Positions 1 through 14,355 of a DNA stretch of 64,000 nucleotides are shown one piece after another. The position numbers and the translations under genes were made by a program. The first letter of the stretch is position 1, and each line of letters starts with the position of its first letter. Under the pieces are notes generated by a model. The model was not told the origin of the DNA and made no database searches. It saw only the letters and a program-made list of their open reading frames with translations. The stretch is taken from contig OZ024757.1 of the NCBI GenBank assembly GCA_964016885.1, forward strand, positions 7,874,001-7,938,000. Direction: 5' to 3'. The DNA comes from Eledone cirrhosa (Eukaryota).

Positions 1-3000
1 TTCCACAGGGCGAGAACTCATTAATTCGAAGTAAATATTGCACATACACTACTATTTCCCTCGAATTTATGAGCTTTACTCCTTTAGAGGCAATGTCCTT
101 ATTACATGTGACATATAATCTACTATTTCCTTCGAATTGAAAAGTTCTAGTAATTTAGAGGCCATTTCTGTATTAAATATTGCATATAATCTAGTAATAC
201 CCTTCAAATTAATGAGTTTCAGCTCTGTAGAAGCCATTTCGGTATTAAATATTGCATAGACACTACTATTTCGTTCAAATTAATGAGTTGTAGCACTGTA
301 AAGCTATTTATGAATTAAATATTGCATATAATCTATTAATACTCTTCAAATTAAAAAGTTTTAATCCTGTAGAAGCCATTTCTGTATTAAATATTGCTTT
401 CATACTACTATTTACTACAAATTAAAAAGTTCTTGTCCTTAAGAAGCCATTTCCATATTAAATATGGCATATAATGTACTATTTCATTTGGATTAAAATT
501 TCTAGTCCTTTTCTAGACTTTTCTGAATTAAATATTGCACATATACAAATATATTCGTTCTAGTCTCTTGACAGCCATTTCTGTATTAAATATGGCATAT
601 ATACTACTATTTCCTTTGAATTGAGGAGTTCTAGTCTTTTAGAAGCCATTTCTGTATTAAATATGGCATATAATCTACTAATATCCTTTGAATTAATGAG
701 TTTTCATCCTGTAGAAGCCATTTCTCTATTAAATATTGCATATAATGTACTATTTCCTTCAAATTAATGAGATTTAGCCCTTTAGAAACCATTTCTATAT
801 TAAATGTTGCATATAAAATACTATTTCCTTTAGAAGCCATTTCTGTATTAAATATTGCACACACACTACTATTTCCCTCAAATTAATGAGCTTTAGTCCT
901 TTAGAAGCCATTTCCGTATTGAGTATAGCATATAATCTACTAATACCCTTTAAATTAAAGAGTTCTAGTCCTTTAGAAGACATTTCTGTATTAAATATGG
1001 CGTATATACTACTATTTCCTCAAATTATATTAATTTTACTCCTTTAGAAGCCATTTCTTTATTAAATATAGCATATACTCTACTGTATCTTTCAAATTGA
1101 GGCGTTGTAGTCTTCTAAAGGCCATTTTTGCATTAAATGTGGCATATAATCTACTAATACCCTTCAAATTAATGAGTTTCAGCCCTGTAGAAGTAATTTC
1201 TGTATCAAGTATTACATATACACTACTATTTTGTTCAAATTAATGAGTTCTAGCACTGTAGAAGCTATTTATGTATTAAATATAGCATATAATCTATTAA
1301 TACTCTTCAAATTAAAGAGTTTTAGTCCTGTAGAAGCCGTTTCTGTATTAAATATTTCATACATACTACTATTTACTACAAATTAAAGAGTTCTTATTCT
1401 TAAGAAGCCATTTCCATATTAAATATGGCATATAATATACTATTTCCTTTGAATTAAAAGTTCTAGTCCTTTAGAAGCCATTTCTGCGTTAAATATTGCG
1501 TATACTCTACTATTTCCTTCAAATTTATGGGTTCTAGCACTGTTGAAGCTATTTCTCTATTAAATATTGCATATACTGTACTATTTCCTTTGAAGCGAGG
1601 AGTTCTATTCCTTTAGAAGCAATTTCTGTATTGAATATTGCTCATATATTATTATTTCCCTTGAATTAATGAGATTTAGTCCTTTAGAAGCCATTTCCAT
1701 ATTAAATATGGCATATAATCTACTAATACCCTTCAAATTAAACAGTTCTACTGCTTTAGAAGCCATTTCTTTATTAAATATGGCATATATACTACTATTT
1801 CCTCCAATTATATTAGTTTTACTCCCTTAGATTTCATTCCTTTCTTAAATATTTCTGTATTAAATATGGCATATAATCTACAAATATCCTTCAAATTAAA
1901 GACTTCTAGTCATTTACAAGCCATTTATGTATTAAATATTGCATATAATGTACTATTTCCTTCGAATTAATGAGCTTTTGCCCTTTAGAAGCCATTTCTA
2001 TATTAAATGTTGCATATAATCTACTAATATCCTTCAAATCAGTGAGTTTTAGTCCTGTAGAAGCCATTTCTTTATTAAGTATGGCATATATACTACTATT
2101 TCCTTCGAATTAATGAGCTTTACTCCTTTAGAGACCATTTATTTATTATATCTGGCATATAATCTACTCTTTCCTATAAATTGAAAATAAAGAGTTCTAG
2201 TGCTTCAGAAGCCATTTCTGTATTAAATATTACATATATACTACTATTTACTACAAATATATTAGTTCTATTCCTTTGACAGTGATTTCTGTATTGAATA
2301 TTGCATATACTGTACTATTTCCTTAAAATTAAAGGGTTCTAGTGCTTTAGAAGCCATTTCTGTATTAAATATGGCATATATATTACTAATAGCCTTTAAA
2401 TTAAAGAGTTCTACTGCTTTAGAAGCCATTTCTGTATTAAATATTGTGTATACTCTACTATTTCCTTCGAATTACTGGTTTCTAGCTCTGCAGAAGCTAT
2501 TTCTGTATTAAACACTACATATATACTTCTATTTCCTCCAAAAATAGTAGTTGTCATCCTGTAGAAGACGTTTCTGTATTAAAAATAGGATATATACTAC
2601 TATTTGATTCGATTTAAAGAGTTCTAGTCCTTCAGAAGCCATTTCTGTATTAAATATGGCATATAATCTAATAATACCCCTCATATTAATGAGTTTTAGT
2701 CCTGTAGAAGCCATTTCATTATTAAATATTCGATATACTCTACTATTTCCATCGAATTAAAGAGATTTCTTCATTTAGAAGTAATTTCTGTATTAAATAT
2801 GGCATATAATCTAACAATAACCCTCATATTAATGATTTTTAGTCTTGTAGAAGCCATTTATGGAGTAAATATTGCATTTATACTACTATTTGATTCGAAT
2901 TAAAGCGTTCTAGTCCTTTAGAAGCCATTTCTTTATTAAATATGGCACATATACTACTAATAACCCTCATATTAATTAGTTTTAGTCCTGTAGAAGCTAT

Positions 3001-4750
3001 TTCTGTATTAAATATTGCATATACACTACTATTTCCATTGAATTAATGAGATCCCTCCATTTAGAAGCCATTTCTGTATTAAATATGGCACATATACTAC
3101 TAATAACCCTCATATTAATTAGTTTTAGTCCTGTAGAAGCTATTTCTGTATTACATATTGCATATACACTACTATTTCCATCGAATTAATGATATCTCTG
3201 AATTTAAAAGTCATTTCTGTATTAAATATGTTATATAATCAACTAATACCCTCATATTAATGAGTTTTAGTCCTTTAGAAGGCATTTCTGTATTAAATAT
3301 AGGATATATACTAGTATTTTATTCAATTTAAAGAGTTCTAGTCCTTTAGAACCCATTTCTGTATTAAATATGGCATATAATCTACTAATACCCCTCATAT
3401 TAATGAGTTTTCATCCTGTAGAAGCCATATCTATATTAAATATTGGATATACACTACAATTTACATCGAATAAATAAGTTCTCTACATTTAGAAGCCATT
3501 TACGTATTAAATATGGCATATATACTACTAATACCCCTCATATTAATGAGTTTTAGTCTTGTAGAAGCCATTTCTGCATTAAATATTGCATATATACTAC
3601 TATTTGATTCTAATTAAAGAGTTCTAGTCATTTAGAACCCATTTCCGTATTAAATATGCCATATACGCTACTAATACCCCTTATATAAATGAGTTTTATC
3701 TTTGTAGAAGACAGTTCTGTATTAAATATTGGATATACAGTATATTTCCATCGAATTAAAGAGATCTCTTCATTTAGAAGCCATTTGCGTATTAAATATG
3801 GCATATATACTACTAATAACCTTCATATTAATGACTTTTAGTCTTGTAGAAGACATTTCTGTATTAAATATTGGATATACAATAAATATTTCCTTCGAAT
3901 AAATTAGTTCTCTGCATTTAGAAGCCATTTACGTATTAAATATGGTATATATATATTACTAATACCCCTCATATTAATGAATTTAGTATTGTTGAAAAAA
4001 TTTCTCTATTAAATATTGCATCATCATCATCATCATCATCAACGTTTAACGTCCGTGTTCCACGCTTGCATGGGTTCGGACGGGGGTTTTCCCACTTGAG
4101 GCAAGAGTGGTTGTCTTGCTCGCATAGGACTGTCTGGCAGGTTTTCTACAGTTGGATGCCCTTCCTAACACCAACCACATTTACAGTGTGGGGCTGGGAG
4201 GTTTTTACCGTGTTGCCTACACAGCCACATTACAGCGTGGACTGTGTGTTTTTTTGTCGTGACACCTACACGATCTCATTTGTTTCGGCCTGGATGTTGT
4301 GACACCAACATAACTTTACATTGAAAGGGGCGGTGTGGATGGGGTGGGGATGGTGGGACGGGGTGTATTTTGTTAGAGATGCCTACTGGCTGTAGTAGGT
4401 TTTACTGTGTATTTAGGTAAGGCGGGTCTTCTCTGTTACTGAGTACCGCCAAAGGTCTCGGTCCAGTGACACTGTCTTGGAGAGGTGTAAGTGTGTGAGG
4501 TCGGAGTTTATCAGCTCGTCCCAGGTTTTTCTAGGTCTGCCTATTCCGTGGCTACCGTCTATCTTTATTGCCCTGCACTTTGTTATACAGCTATCGACTT
4601 TCATGCGCATCACGTGACCATACCAACGTAGCCTTCTCTCGAGTAAACAACATCTGATCCCTCTTATTTCTAATTTTTTCCTTAGTTCGTTTATGCTTTG
4701 CCGTTCACATATACGACTATTTCATTCTAATTAAAGAGTTCTAGTCCTTA
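1..4750 (+). repeat. ~71-72 bp AT-rich satellite array (block 1), interrupted by an RTE fragment at 4021-4710
   Basis: Recurring AGAAGCCATTTCTGTATTAAATAT motif, with AGCC at 573, 644 and 716 (period 71-72). The first ~35 bp are in the opposite orientation. Confidence 0.95.
4021..4710 (-). mobile_element. 5'-truncated RTE LINE (family B): ORF C-terminus, 3' UTR and (GAT)n tail
   Basis: ORF 4413-4613 has GRPRKTWDE and (CAT)n lies at 4021-4040. The insertion is absent from the paralogous satellite site near 26950. Confidence 0.9.
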
Positions 4751-4754
4751 TATA

Positions 4755-5490
4755 CAGCTACCTAGGGTACAGACCTCAGAGAGACACAGAGCTACCTAGG
4801 GTACAGACCTCAGAGAGACAACCACTCACCTAGGGTACAGACCTCAGACAGACACAGAGTCACCTAGGGTACAGACCTCAGAGAGACACAGAGCCACCTA
4901 GGGTACAGATCTTAGAGAGACACAGAGCTACCTAGAGTACAGATCTTAGAGAGACACAGAGTCACCTAGGGTACAAACCTCAGACAGACACAGAGCCAGC
5001 TAGGGTACAGACCTCAGACAGACACAGAGCCACCTAGGGTACAGATCTTAGAGAGACACAGAGCCACCTAGGGTACAGACCTTAGAGAGACAACCAGTCA
5101 CCTAGGGTACAGACCTCAGACAGACACAGACCCACGTAGGGTACAGACATCAGAGAGACACAGAGCCACCTAGGGTACAGACCTCAGAGAGATACAGAGC
5201 CACCTAGGGTACAGACCTGAGAGAGACATAGGGCCACCTAGGGTACAGACCTCAGAGAGACACAGAGCCACCTAGGGTACAGATCTCAGACAGACACAGA
5301 GCCACCTAGGGTACAGATCTCAGACAGACACAGAGCCACCTAGAGTACAGACCTCAGGGAGACACCCAGCCACCTAGGGTACAGATCTCAGGGAGACATA
5401 GGGCCACCTAGGGTACAGACCTCAGGCAGACATAGGGCCACCTAGGGTACAGAGAGACAGACAACCAGCTAGAGTACAGACATCAGATTG
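4755..5490 (+). repeat. 34 bp minisatellite CACCTAGGGTACAGACCTCAGAGAGACACAGAGC
   Basis: Unit starts at 4861 and 4895; roughly 20 copies. Confidence 0.95.
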
Positions 5491-5624
5491 GTAGATTACT
5501 GAACTTTAAAGTATCACAGTTTTATACAGGGCTGGTGCTACCATGAAGGCCAACTAGGGTACATTACAGAACCTTAAGGACATACTTAGTTCCCCTGCAA
5601 CACATTACCTAGTCTGGTATTATG

Positions 5625-6045
5625 AAGGCCCTGAACAAGGATGTTAAAGCTACACTTAATACACAGTGGTGTTAGGAAGGCCCTGAACATGGATGATGTT
5701 AAAAGCTACAATTAATACAGAGTAATGTTAGGAAGGCCCTGAACAAGGATATCAAAATCTACACTTAGAACACAGTAGTTTTAGGAAGGCCCAGAACAAG
5801 GATGTTAAAATCTACACTCTGTACACAATAATGTTAGGAAGGCCCTGAACAAGGATATCCAAATCTACACTTAGTACACAGTAATGTTAGAAAGGCCCTG
5901 AACAAGGATATAAAATGCTACACTCAGTACACAGTAATGTTAGGAAGGCCCTGAACAAGGATATAAAATGCTACACTTAGTACACAGTAATGGTAGGAAG
6001 GCCCTGAACAAGGATATCAAAATCTATATTTACAACACAGTTGTG
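5625..6045 (+). repeat. 53-54 bp minisatellite GTTAGGAAGGCCCTGAACAAGGATATCAAAATCTACACTTAGTACACAGTAAT
   Basis: Unit starts near 5727, 5780 and 5833. Confidence 0.92.
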
Positions 6046-6800
6046 TGTGTGTTTTGAGAATTAATAATTATATAAACAAGTTTGTAATGAACAATTTATT
6101 TCTTATCAAAACTGTATAAACATGATATTATTTACAGTAAGTATAACAATAATAATGATGGTTTCTAGTAAAGGTGGAAGGCCAGTAATTTGGGGGAGGG
6201 GAAAGTTGATTAAATCGAAGAGAGAAAGAAAGAAGAAACAGAACGGGAAGGAGAGGGGATGGCAAGAGGTCCGGTGTCGCAGAAGAGAGGGGAGGGTGGT
6301 TGAGCTTTGAGTCTAGGGCAAGAGGGCAGAAGTGCTGCGCCCCACGGATAAGACGGCAAAAGTATTCTCGCAGACGATGGCCAGAGATACCCAATGCAAC
6401 AACCACCCAACCTCGCGGGGTTCCCTCCTCAGATGGGCCGCTGACGCTCCAATCTTGTGGAGGAGCTCGGCAGTACGGGGTCCAAGTACTCCTGGGGTCT
6501 CAACGTTGACTGGTGCAGAGAGGAAGGGGCCGGACAGTCCTCGGTATTTGTTTATTTTACGTTCTTCTGCGAGGTGGGCTGCGATGCCGGGGTTTGTGGC
6601 CGAAACGACTTGGAAACGAAGTTGTAGGCGGAGATTGTGTCGTAGCTGGTGGTGTCCCAGATGAGGGACCTACGTCCTTCGAATGGGAAGAGAGTGATTC
6701 CGTCGGGGCGCTTGCCATCTCCGGGACCTGTTGGCCCCAGTTGTGATGGGAAGCCAGCTGCGTCCAGGCTTCTTCTCAATATGTCGTTGAGAACGGCGAG
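6042..6800 (-). mobile_element. 3' fragment of a CRE-clade (RLE) non-LTR retrotransposon: endonuclease end plus 3' UTR
   Basis: ORF 6552-6779 reads DGKRPDGITLFPF..LIWDTT, a PD-(D/E)xK-type motif homologous to the 55.2/57.3 kb element. On the minus strand it ends with AATAAA and an (AC)n tail. Confidence 0.82.
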
Positions 6801-7339
6801 TATCTATTCAATAATTATTTAAACATTGAAATTTTAGGTTCAACTACCTTTTAAACCAAATACATTAAGAAAGGCATGACCAACACCACATCATTTTTAT
6901 TTCTATTTTGAAAGTAGGTTTATAAGTATTAAATTTCAGTAGATTCTTATATCCTTCATGGTGGTCTGGTGGGAGATACGAGAGATGGTGGAGGTTCTGA
7001 TCTGGGGTTCAATCCTGCTTAGGAGATACTCTAAGGGGGTTCATACTAAACTTCTTCAGTGTTTCTTATCTCTAGAGACAAATATATATACATAAGGTAA
7101 TCTGGTAAAGTTGTTAGAACATCACATAGAATTCTTTGTAGTATTTTTTCCAGTTCTTTAATCTGAGTTCAACTTTACTTTTCTTCCATTCGGGGTTGAT
7201 AATAAAGTACCAGTCAAATACTAGGGGTTAATTCTTCCTCTATATCTCTTTCTCACTCTCTGTCTGTTTTATTAAGACATGGAGAGGTGATGTACTCTAC
7301 CAGGTTTCATAATGAGTGATGGGGTCATACCTGCCTGCA

Positions 7340-7415
7340 ATACTACTGTGTACTAAGTGTAGCATATTATATCCTTGTTCAGGGACTTCCTGACATTACT
7401 GTGTACTGAGTGTAG
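7340..7415 (-). repeat. inverted remnant of the 53 bp minisatellite
   Basis: Reverse complement of units near 27980-28050. Confidence 0.8.
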
Positions 7416-8392
7416 TAGAGTGTATGCCATATTTAATACAGAAATGGCTTATAAAGCACTAGAACTCTTTAATTTTAAGGAAATAGTACAGTATATGCAA
7501 TATTCAATACAGAAATCACTGTCAAAGGACTAGAACTAATATATTTGTAGTAAATAGTAGTATATATGTAATATTTAATACAGAAATTGCTTCTGAAGCA
7601 CTAGAACTCTTTAATTTGAAGGATATTAATAGATATTATGCAATATTTAATATGTAAATAGATTCCACAGGGCTAGAACTCATTAATTCGAAGGAAATAG
7701 TAGTGTATATGCAATATTTAATACAGAAATAACTTCTACAGGGCTGAAATTCATTAATATGAGGGACATTAATACATTATATGCTATATTTAATACAGAA
7801 ATTGCCTCTAAAAGACTAGAACTTTTCAGTTTATAGGAAAGAGTAGATTATATACCACATGTAATAAATAAATGGTCTCTAAAGGAGTAAAGCTCATTAA
7901 TTCGAAGGAAATAGTAGTATATATGCCATACTTAATATAGAAATGGCTTCTAAAGGGCAAAAGCTCATTAATTCAAAGGAAATAGTACATTATATGCAAT
8001 ATTTAATACAGAAATGGCTTGTGAAGGACTAGAAGTCATTAATTTGAAGGATATTTGTAGATTATATGCCATATTTAAGAAAGGAATGGATTCTAAGGGA
8101 GTAAAACTAACATAATTGGAGGAAATAGTAGTATATATGCCATATTTAATACGGAAATGGCTTCTAAAGGACTAAATCTCATTAATTTGAGGGAAATAGT
8201 AATGTATGTGTAATATTCAATACAGAAATTGCTTCTAAAGGAATAGAACTCTTCGATTCAAAGGAAATAGTACAGTATATGCAATATTTAACAGAGAAAT
8301 AGCTTCAACAGAGCTAGAACCCATAAATTTGAAAGAAATAGTAGAGTATACGCAATATTTAATACATAAATAGCTTCTACAGTGCTTGAACT

Positions 8393-8945
8393 TTTAGCAG
8401 TATTAGTTATAGATGTTATCGCCACTTTAGCAGGGTGGTAGAATCAGTGGTCGTTAGTTGCCAGTCTGGTAAGTGATAGTATCCTCGTTGGATTATCTTG
8501 TTGACATAGACGTGAGGGAAGGTCCCTCGATCTATTTACCATCTATTTACAATATTCCTTTCGGCAGGTCGCCAATTTCAGCAGCATGGATTAAAGTTGT
8601 TATTGAGACACGAGTAACATAATAACGACTTCAACCGCAGTAATTAGAGATGAAATGTTTGTTTATTTATATGGTTGAAGTTACAGATAAAAAGAGGTTA
8701 CAAAATGGAATGTGCCAATGCGCCGTTAAGCCGGCGAGGCTAGGGGTGCAATATCTCACTGCTACATTATGCGTGTTGCTGGCTCGAAGTTTCTGGTACA
8801 AGAGAGAGATTCTTCAAATCTTCGCGGGGAATTTCTTCCTCAGGGCACGTAGGGATACATCCTCTTCTACTGGCGCTGATTGGCTGAACTGAGCCAAATC
8901 ACGCACAGAGAATGTATGTGAGCCCGCGGAATGTAGGTCACTACA
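8393..8945 (-). mobile_element. solo LTR (553 bp), copy 1
   Basis: Reverse complement of 46923-47475 with the same length and termini TGTAGTG...TGCTAAA. No clean TSD here (AACT/GTAT). Confidence 0.75.
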
Positions 8946-10503
8946 GTATCATTGATTTGAACACAATAGTAGTGTATATGTAATATTTGTTACGGAAATT
9001 ACTTCTATAGGGTTGAAACTCATTAATTTAAGGGTATTAGTAGATTATATGCCACATTTAATGCAGAAATGACCTTCAGAAGACTACAATGCCTCAATTC
9101 GAAAGAAATAGTAGAGTATATGCTATATTTAATAAAGAAATGTCTTCTAAAGGAGTAAAATTAATATAATTTGAGGAAATAGTAGTATATACGCTATATT
9201 TAATACAGAAATGTCTTCTAAAGGACTTTTATTTAAAGGGTATTAGTAGATTATATTCTATACACAATACGGAAATGGCTTCTAAAGGACTAAAGCTCAT
9301 TAATTTGAGGGAAATAGTAGTGTATGTGCAATATTTAATACAGAAATGGCTTCTAAAGGAATAGAACTCTTCGATTCGAAGGAAATAGTATTTTATATGC
9401 AACATTTAATATAGAAATGGTTTCTAAAGGGCTAAATCTCATTAATTTGAAGGAAATAGTACATTATATGCAATATTTAATAGAGAAATGGCTTCTACAG
9501 GACGAAAACTCATTAATTCAAAGGATATTAGTAGATTATATGCCATATTTAATACAGAAATGGCTTCTAAAAGACTAGAACTCCTCAATTCAAAGGAAAT
9601 AGTAGTATATATGCCATATTTAATACAGAAATGGCTGTCAAGAGACTAGAACGAATATATTTGTATATGTGCAATATTTAATTCAGAAAAGTCTAGAAAA
9701 GGACTAGAAATTTTAATTCAAAGGAAATAGTACATTATATGCCACATTTAATATGGGAATGGCTTCTTGAGGACAAGAACTTTTAACTTGTAGTAAATAG
9801 TAGTATGAAAGCAATATTTAATACAGAAATGGCTTCTACAGGACTAAAACTTTTTAATTTGAAGAGTATTAATAGATTATATGCAATATTTAATTCATAA
9901 ATAGCTTCTACAGTGCTACAACTCATTAATTTGTACAAAATAGTAATGTATATGCAATATTTAATACAGAAATGGCTTCTACAAGGCTCAAACTCATTAA
10001 TTTGAAGGGTATTACTAGATTTTATGCTATATTTAATACAGAAATGGCCTCTAAATTACTAGAACTCTTCAATTCGAAGGAAATAGTAGATTATATGTCA
10101 CATGTAATAAGGAAATTGCCTCTAAAGGAGTAAAGCTCATACTTATGAGGGAAATAGTAGTATATGTGCAATATTTCCTTCAAATTAATGAGTTCTCGTC
10201 CTGTAGAATCTATTTACATATTAAATATTGCATATAATCTATTAATATCCTTCAAATTAAAGAGTTCTAGTGCTTCAGAAGACATTACATATATACTACT
10301 ATTTCTTGCAAATATATTAGTTCTAGTCTTTTGACAGCCATTTCTGTATTATATATTGCATATACTGTAATATTTCCTTAAAATTAAAGAGTTCTAGTGC
10401 TTTAGAAGCCATTTCTGTATTAAATATTGTGTATACTCTACTATTTCCTTCGAATTACTGGTTTCTAAGTCTTTGGAAGCTATTTCCGTATTAAATATTA
10501 CAT

Positions 10504-12988
10504 ATCATCATCATCACCGTTTTACGTCCGTTCTTCCACGCTAGCATGGGTTAGACGGGTTGTCCTGTTGTGGGCAGTATCTGGTCGGCTGACCATGCCT
10601 TGCTCATACAGGAACTGATTTGGCTTGATTTCTACAGCTGGATGCCCTTCCTAACACCAACCTCATTTACAGTGTGGGCTGGGTGCTTTTTTGCCATGTC
10701 ACCTCCACGACCACCTTGGGTGGGGGCATATTGTCTATGTGCTTCAGCTTGTACCCATGGGAGGTCGGGTACTCTGTATTATTGCGTGACGCCAGAAGTC
10801 ACGGTCGTGTGTCATTGTCTTTGAGAGGTGTAATTGGGTAAGATCAGCTTTTATCACCTCATCCCAGGTCATCTTGGGTCTCCCCACTCCGCGGTTTCCA
10901 TCAACTTCTAGTGCTCTGCACCTTTTTATGCAGCTGTCATCCTTCATACGCATCACATGTCCATACCAGCGCAACTGCCTCTCCTGCACACAGCATTTGA
11001 TTCCTCTTATGCTCAGTCTCTCTCTCAATTCATTTATGCTTTGTCGTTCACATATATTACTGTTACACATCCATCGGAGCATGCAGGCTTCGTTTCTCTC
11101 TAATCTACGTAAGTCTTCCACCTTCAGCGCCCAGGTCTCACTACCATGAAACATCGCTGTTCGGATACACGCATCATACAGTCTGCCTTTCATTCTGAGG
11201 GAGAAGCCTTTTGCAGCTAGCAGTGGTAGTAGTTACCTAAACTTCTTCCATCCCATTCTTACCCTAGTTATTGTACTTTCTGAACACCCACCTCCGTTGC
11301 TAATTCAGTCACCTAGGTAGCAGAAGCTGTCTACTGTTTCTACAGGGCCCTCCCAGAGATTGGTGGTACTTGTTTCCTGTGGCTGTTTGCTGCTTGCTGT
11401 CTCAGCATAGCTGCTGCATGTGAATCCTACATTCTCAATTAAGCTTTCTGAGATCCCGCTACATCTCCATAGATTCAGCTATGAGTGCGAGGTCATCAGC
11501 ATACAGGAGTTCCCATGGGCATCCGGTCTTAAACTCCTCTGTTATTGCCTGCAGGACTATGATGAACAGGAGAGGGCTAAGAACAGAGCCCTGGTGGACC
11601 CCAACCTGTACACTAAATTCCTTGCTATACTCATTGCTAATCCTAACTTTGCTGACTGCTCCCCTATACATGGCTTGTACCGCTTTCACAAGCCATTCAT
11701 CTACTCCTAGTTTTCTAAGAGCCCACCAGATTACAGCACGTGGAACTCTGTCAAAGGCTTTCTCAAGGTCGACAAATGCCAAGTAGAGTGGCTTACTTTT
11801 AGCTAGGTACTTTTCCTGTAATTGCCTCACAAGGAAGAGCGCATCAGTGGTGCCTTTCCCTGGTACGAACCCAAATTGCATCTCGTCTATTTTCACCCGG
11901 TCCCTAATCAACTGTGCTATAACTCTTTCTGTGACTTTCATGACCTGGTCCATCAACTTTATACCTCTATAGTTTCCTCTATCTAGTGCATCGCCTTTAC
12001 CTTTGTAGCAGTTGACAATGATGCTACTGCACCAATCTTTTGGTATGGCCCCTTCTCGTATTACCTGGTTAACAATACGTGTGGTTATAGTGTGACCTAC
12101 AGACCCAGATGCCTTCAGCATCTCGGCAGCTATACCCGATGGACCGGTTGCCTTCCCCATCTTCATATCTTTGATTGCCTTACTTACTACGCTGCTGCTG
12201 ACTTGTACTGCTGGTCCCTCTATAGGGTCTACTTGGTGTAGGGTCTCTTCTTCCCATGCATTCTCCTCATTTAGTAATCTATCATAATGACTCTTCCATG
12301 CATCTTTCTTCTCAGCACTTGTGAGGGCAAGCTCACCTTTATCATTCCGGATACACTTCTCTCCAATGACATCACAACTATCTCTGACACACTGCCTCGC
12401 AATCTTGAATACCTCCTGTTTCTGGTCCTCACGTTGTAAAACATGCTTGAATTTTCTATCCTCTGCTTCCCTCCTAGCTAAGTATACTTGTCACCTAGCT
12501 TCCCTCTTGGTCTCTATGTAATGTACCCTGCTCCCCCCGTTCTTCCATTCTTTCCATGCCTGTCTCTTGGACTTAACTGCTTCATCTACCTTATTGTTCC
12601 ACCACCAAGTCACTCTCCTCCTGCTTGTGGTCTTACTTACTCCAGCCACAGACCTCATCCGTCGCCTCTAGTAAATTATTTTTTAGGAACTCCCAGTTCT
12701 CTTCTACGTTAAATGTCTCTATCTGTTCTTCTTTACTGTCGTAGGCGTTGAGTAAAATATCTTTAAATCTGTTACTGGTTGAGGGGACTTTCAGCTTCCA
12801 GATCTTTATTCTCCAGGTTGGCCTCCGTTTCCAGGTTCGTCTAGTTCTGACCGTGAGGTCGCTGACAACTAAGCTATGTTGGGATGTACATTCCTCACTA
12901 GGGAAGGCTTTTGTGTTTACGGCCGTCCATCTGTCACGTCCTCTGATGAGGATAAAATCTAACTGACTAGAGTGCTCCCCTGATCTAT
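10504..12988 (-). mobile_element. RTE LINE (family A), 5'-truncated and internally deleted
   Basis: RT ORF 11459-12166 has NYRGIKL, FVDLEKAFDRV, GVHQGSVLSP and LYADD. Also APE C-terminus SQLDFIL, (GAT)n tail, and a deletion junction near 11470 relative to 34.6-37.9 kb. Confidence 0.93.
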
Positions 12989-13762
12989 AGTATATATATA
13001 TACTTCTATTTCCTCCAAATATATTAGATGTCATCCTGTAGAAGTCGTTTCTGTATTAAACATTGCATATACACTACTATTCCCTTCGAATTAATGAGTT
13101 CTAGCCCTGTGGAAGCTATTTACATATTAAATATTGCATACATACTACTATTTACTATGAATTAAAGAGTTATTGTCCTTAAGAAGCAATTTCCATATTA
13201 AATATGGCATATAATGTACTATTTCCTTCAAATTAAAAGTTCTAGTCATTTAGAAGCCATTTCTGTATTAAATATGGCATATATACTACTATTTCTCCTT
13301 TGAATCGCAGATTTCTAGTCCTTTAGAAGCCATTTCTGTATTAAATATTGCATATAATGTACTATTTCCTTCGAATTAATGAGTTTAATCCTTTAGAAAC
13401 CATTTCTATATTAAATGTTGCATATACTATACTATTTCCTTCAAATCGAAGAGTTCCAGTCATTTACAAGCTTTTTCTGTATTAAATATTACACATATAC
13501 TACTATTTACTCCAAATAAATTCATTCTAGTCCTTCAACGGCCATTTCTGTATTAAATATTGCACATACACTACTATTTCCTTTGAATTATTGAGCTTTA
13601 CTCCTTTAGAAGCCATTACATGTGGCATATAATCTACTATTTCCTTCAAATTGAAGAGTTCTAGTCCTTTAGAGGCCATTTCTGTATTAAATGTAGCATA
13701 TAATCTACTAATACCTTTCAAATTAATGAGTTTCAGTGACCTGGAACTAGTAAAAAAAATTC

Positions 13763-13968
13763 TATTTAGGAAACCGAATGATTCTCGGCTTCAGAGTGTA
13801 CGCGCCTGTATTTGCATACCCATGGCGGGTGTTTTCACGTATGCATGTGTATGTATGTATATGGAGACGTGCAGCTATATATTTAATTTTTGTTGATTTC
13901 AATAACCTCTGTAATTTATTTACATTATCCTTAATTCTGAAGCCGAGAATCATTCGGTTTCCTAAATA
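13763..13968. mobile_element. short MITE-like element with 33 bp terminal inverted repeats
   Basis: TATTTAGGAAACCGAATGATTCTCGGCTTCAGA (13763-13795) and its reverse complement (13936-13968). Confidence 0.6.
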
Positions 13969-14355
13969 TAATTTTAGTCTATCACTTCAGTTATACCATA
14001 AACGTGGTTTTGTCTTTGCATGTAATTGTTTTCACTGCTCCAAATAATGACGTATTATCTTCGTTTTTATCCGTTCTTTGCCAGGGAAAGTCTCCACAAA
14101 CCAAAATATCGTCTTCCTGTCTTCCTTCTGTTGCAATGTTTTTCGAAATATTTACTTCTGCGTTCACAGATTGATTTTTTTAGTTTCAGAAGATCATGTT
14201 AAGGGTGAAAGCAGTTCTTCTTTGCTTAAACTTTAATCTGTTATTTTAATAAATATTTGCTCTACGGTTCTTATATATTTGATATATATTTATCCTTATC
14301 GAGCCCTCTTTGGATTTTAGTCTTCAAATTTATTATTATTACTATATATATATAT

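Larger units (their letters stand above)
7420..13740. repeat. 71-72 bp satellite block 2 (minus orientation 7420-~10170, plus orientation after), with solo-LTR and RTE insertions
   Basis: ATATTTAATACAGAAATGGCTTCT repeats. The orientation switch near 10170 mirrors the junctions at ~35 and ~23175. Confidence 0.92.

Noticed and set aside
4755-5490. CRISPR-like appearance of the 34 bp repeats (also the 40-mer and 53-mer arrays)
   Set aside because: Head-to-tail units with no unique spacers, no cas genes, and a eukaryotic context.
8650-8892. Repeated 80-aa ORF (also 46976-47218) as a gene
   Set aside because: It lies antisense inside a solo LTR; its recurrence reflects repeat identity.
13763-13968. 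Hammerhead in the 33 bp inverted repeat
   Set aside because: CTGAAGC is not a valid core, and GAAA is not in the required order.
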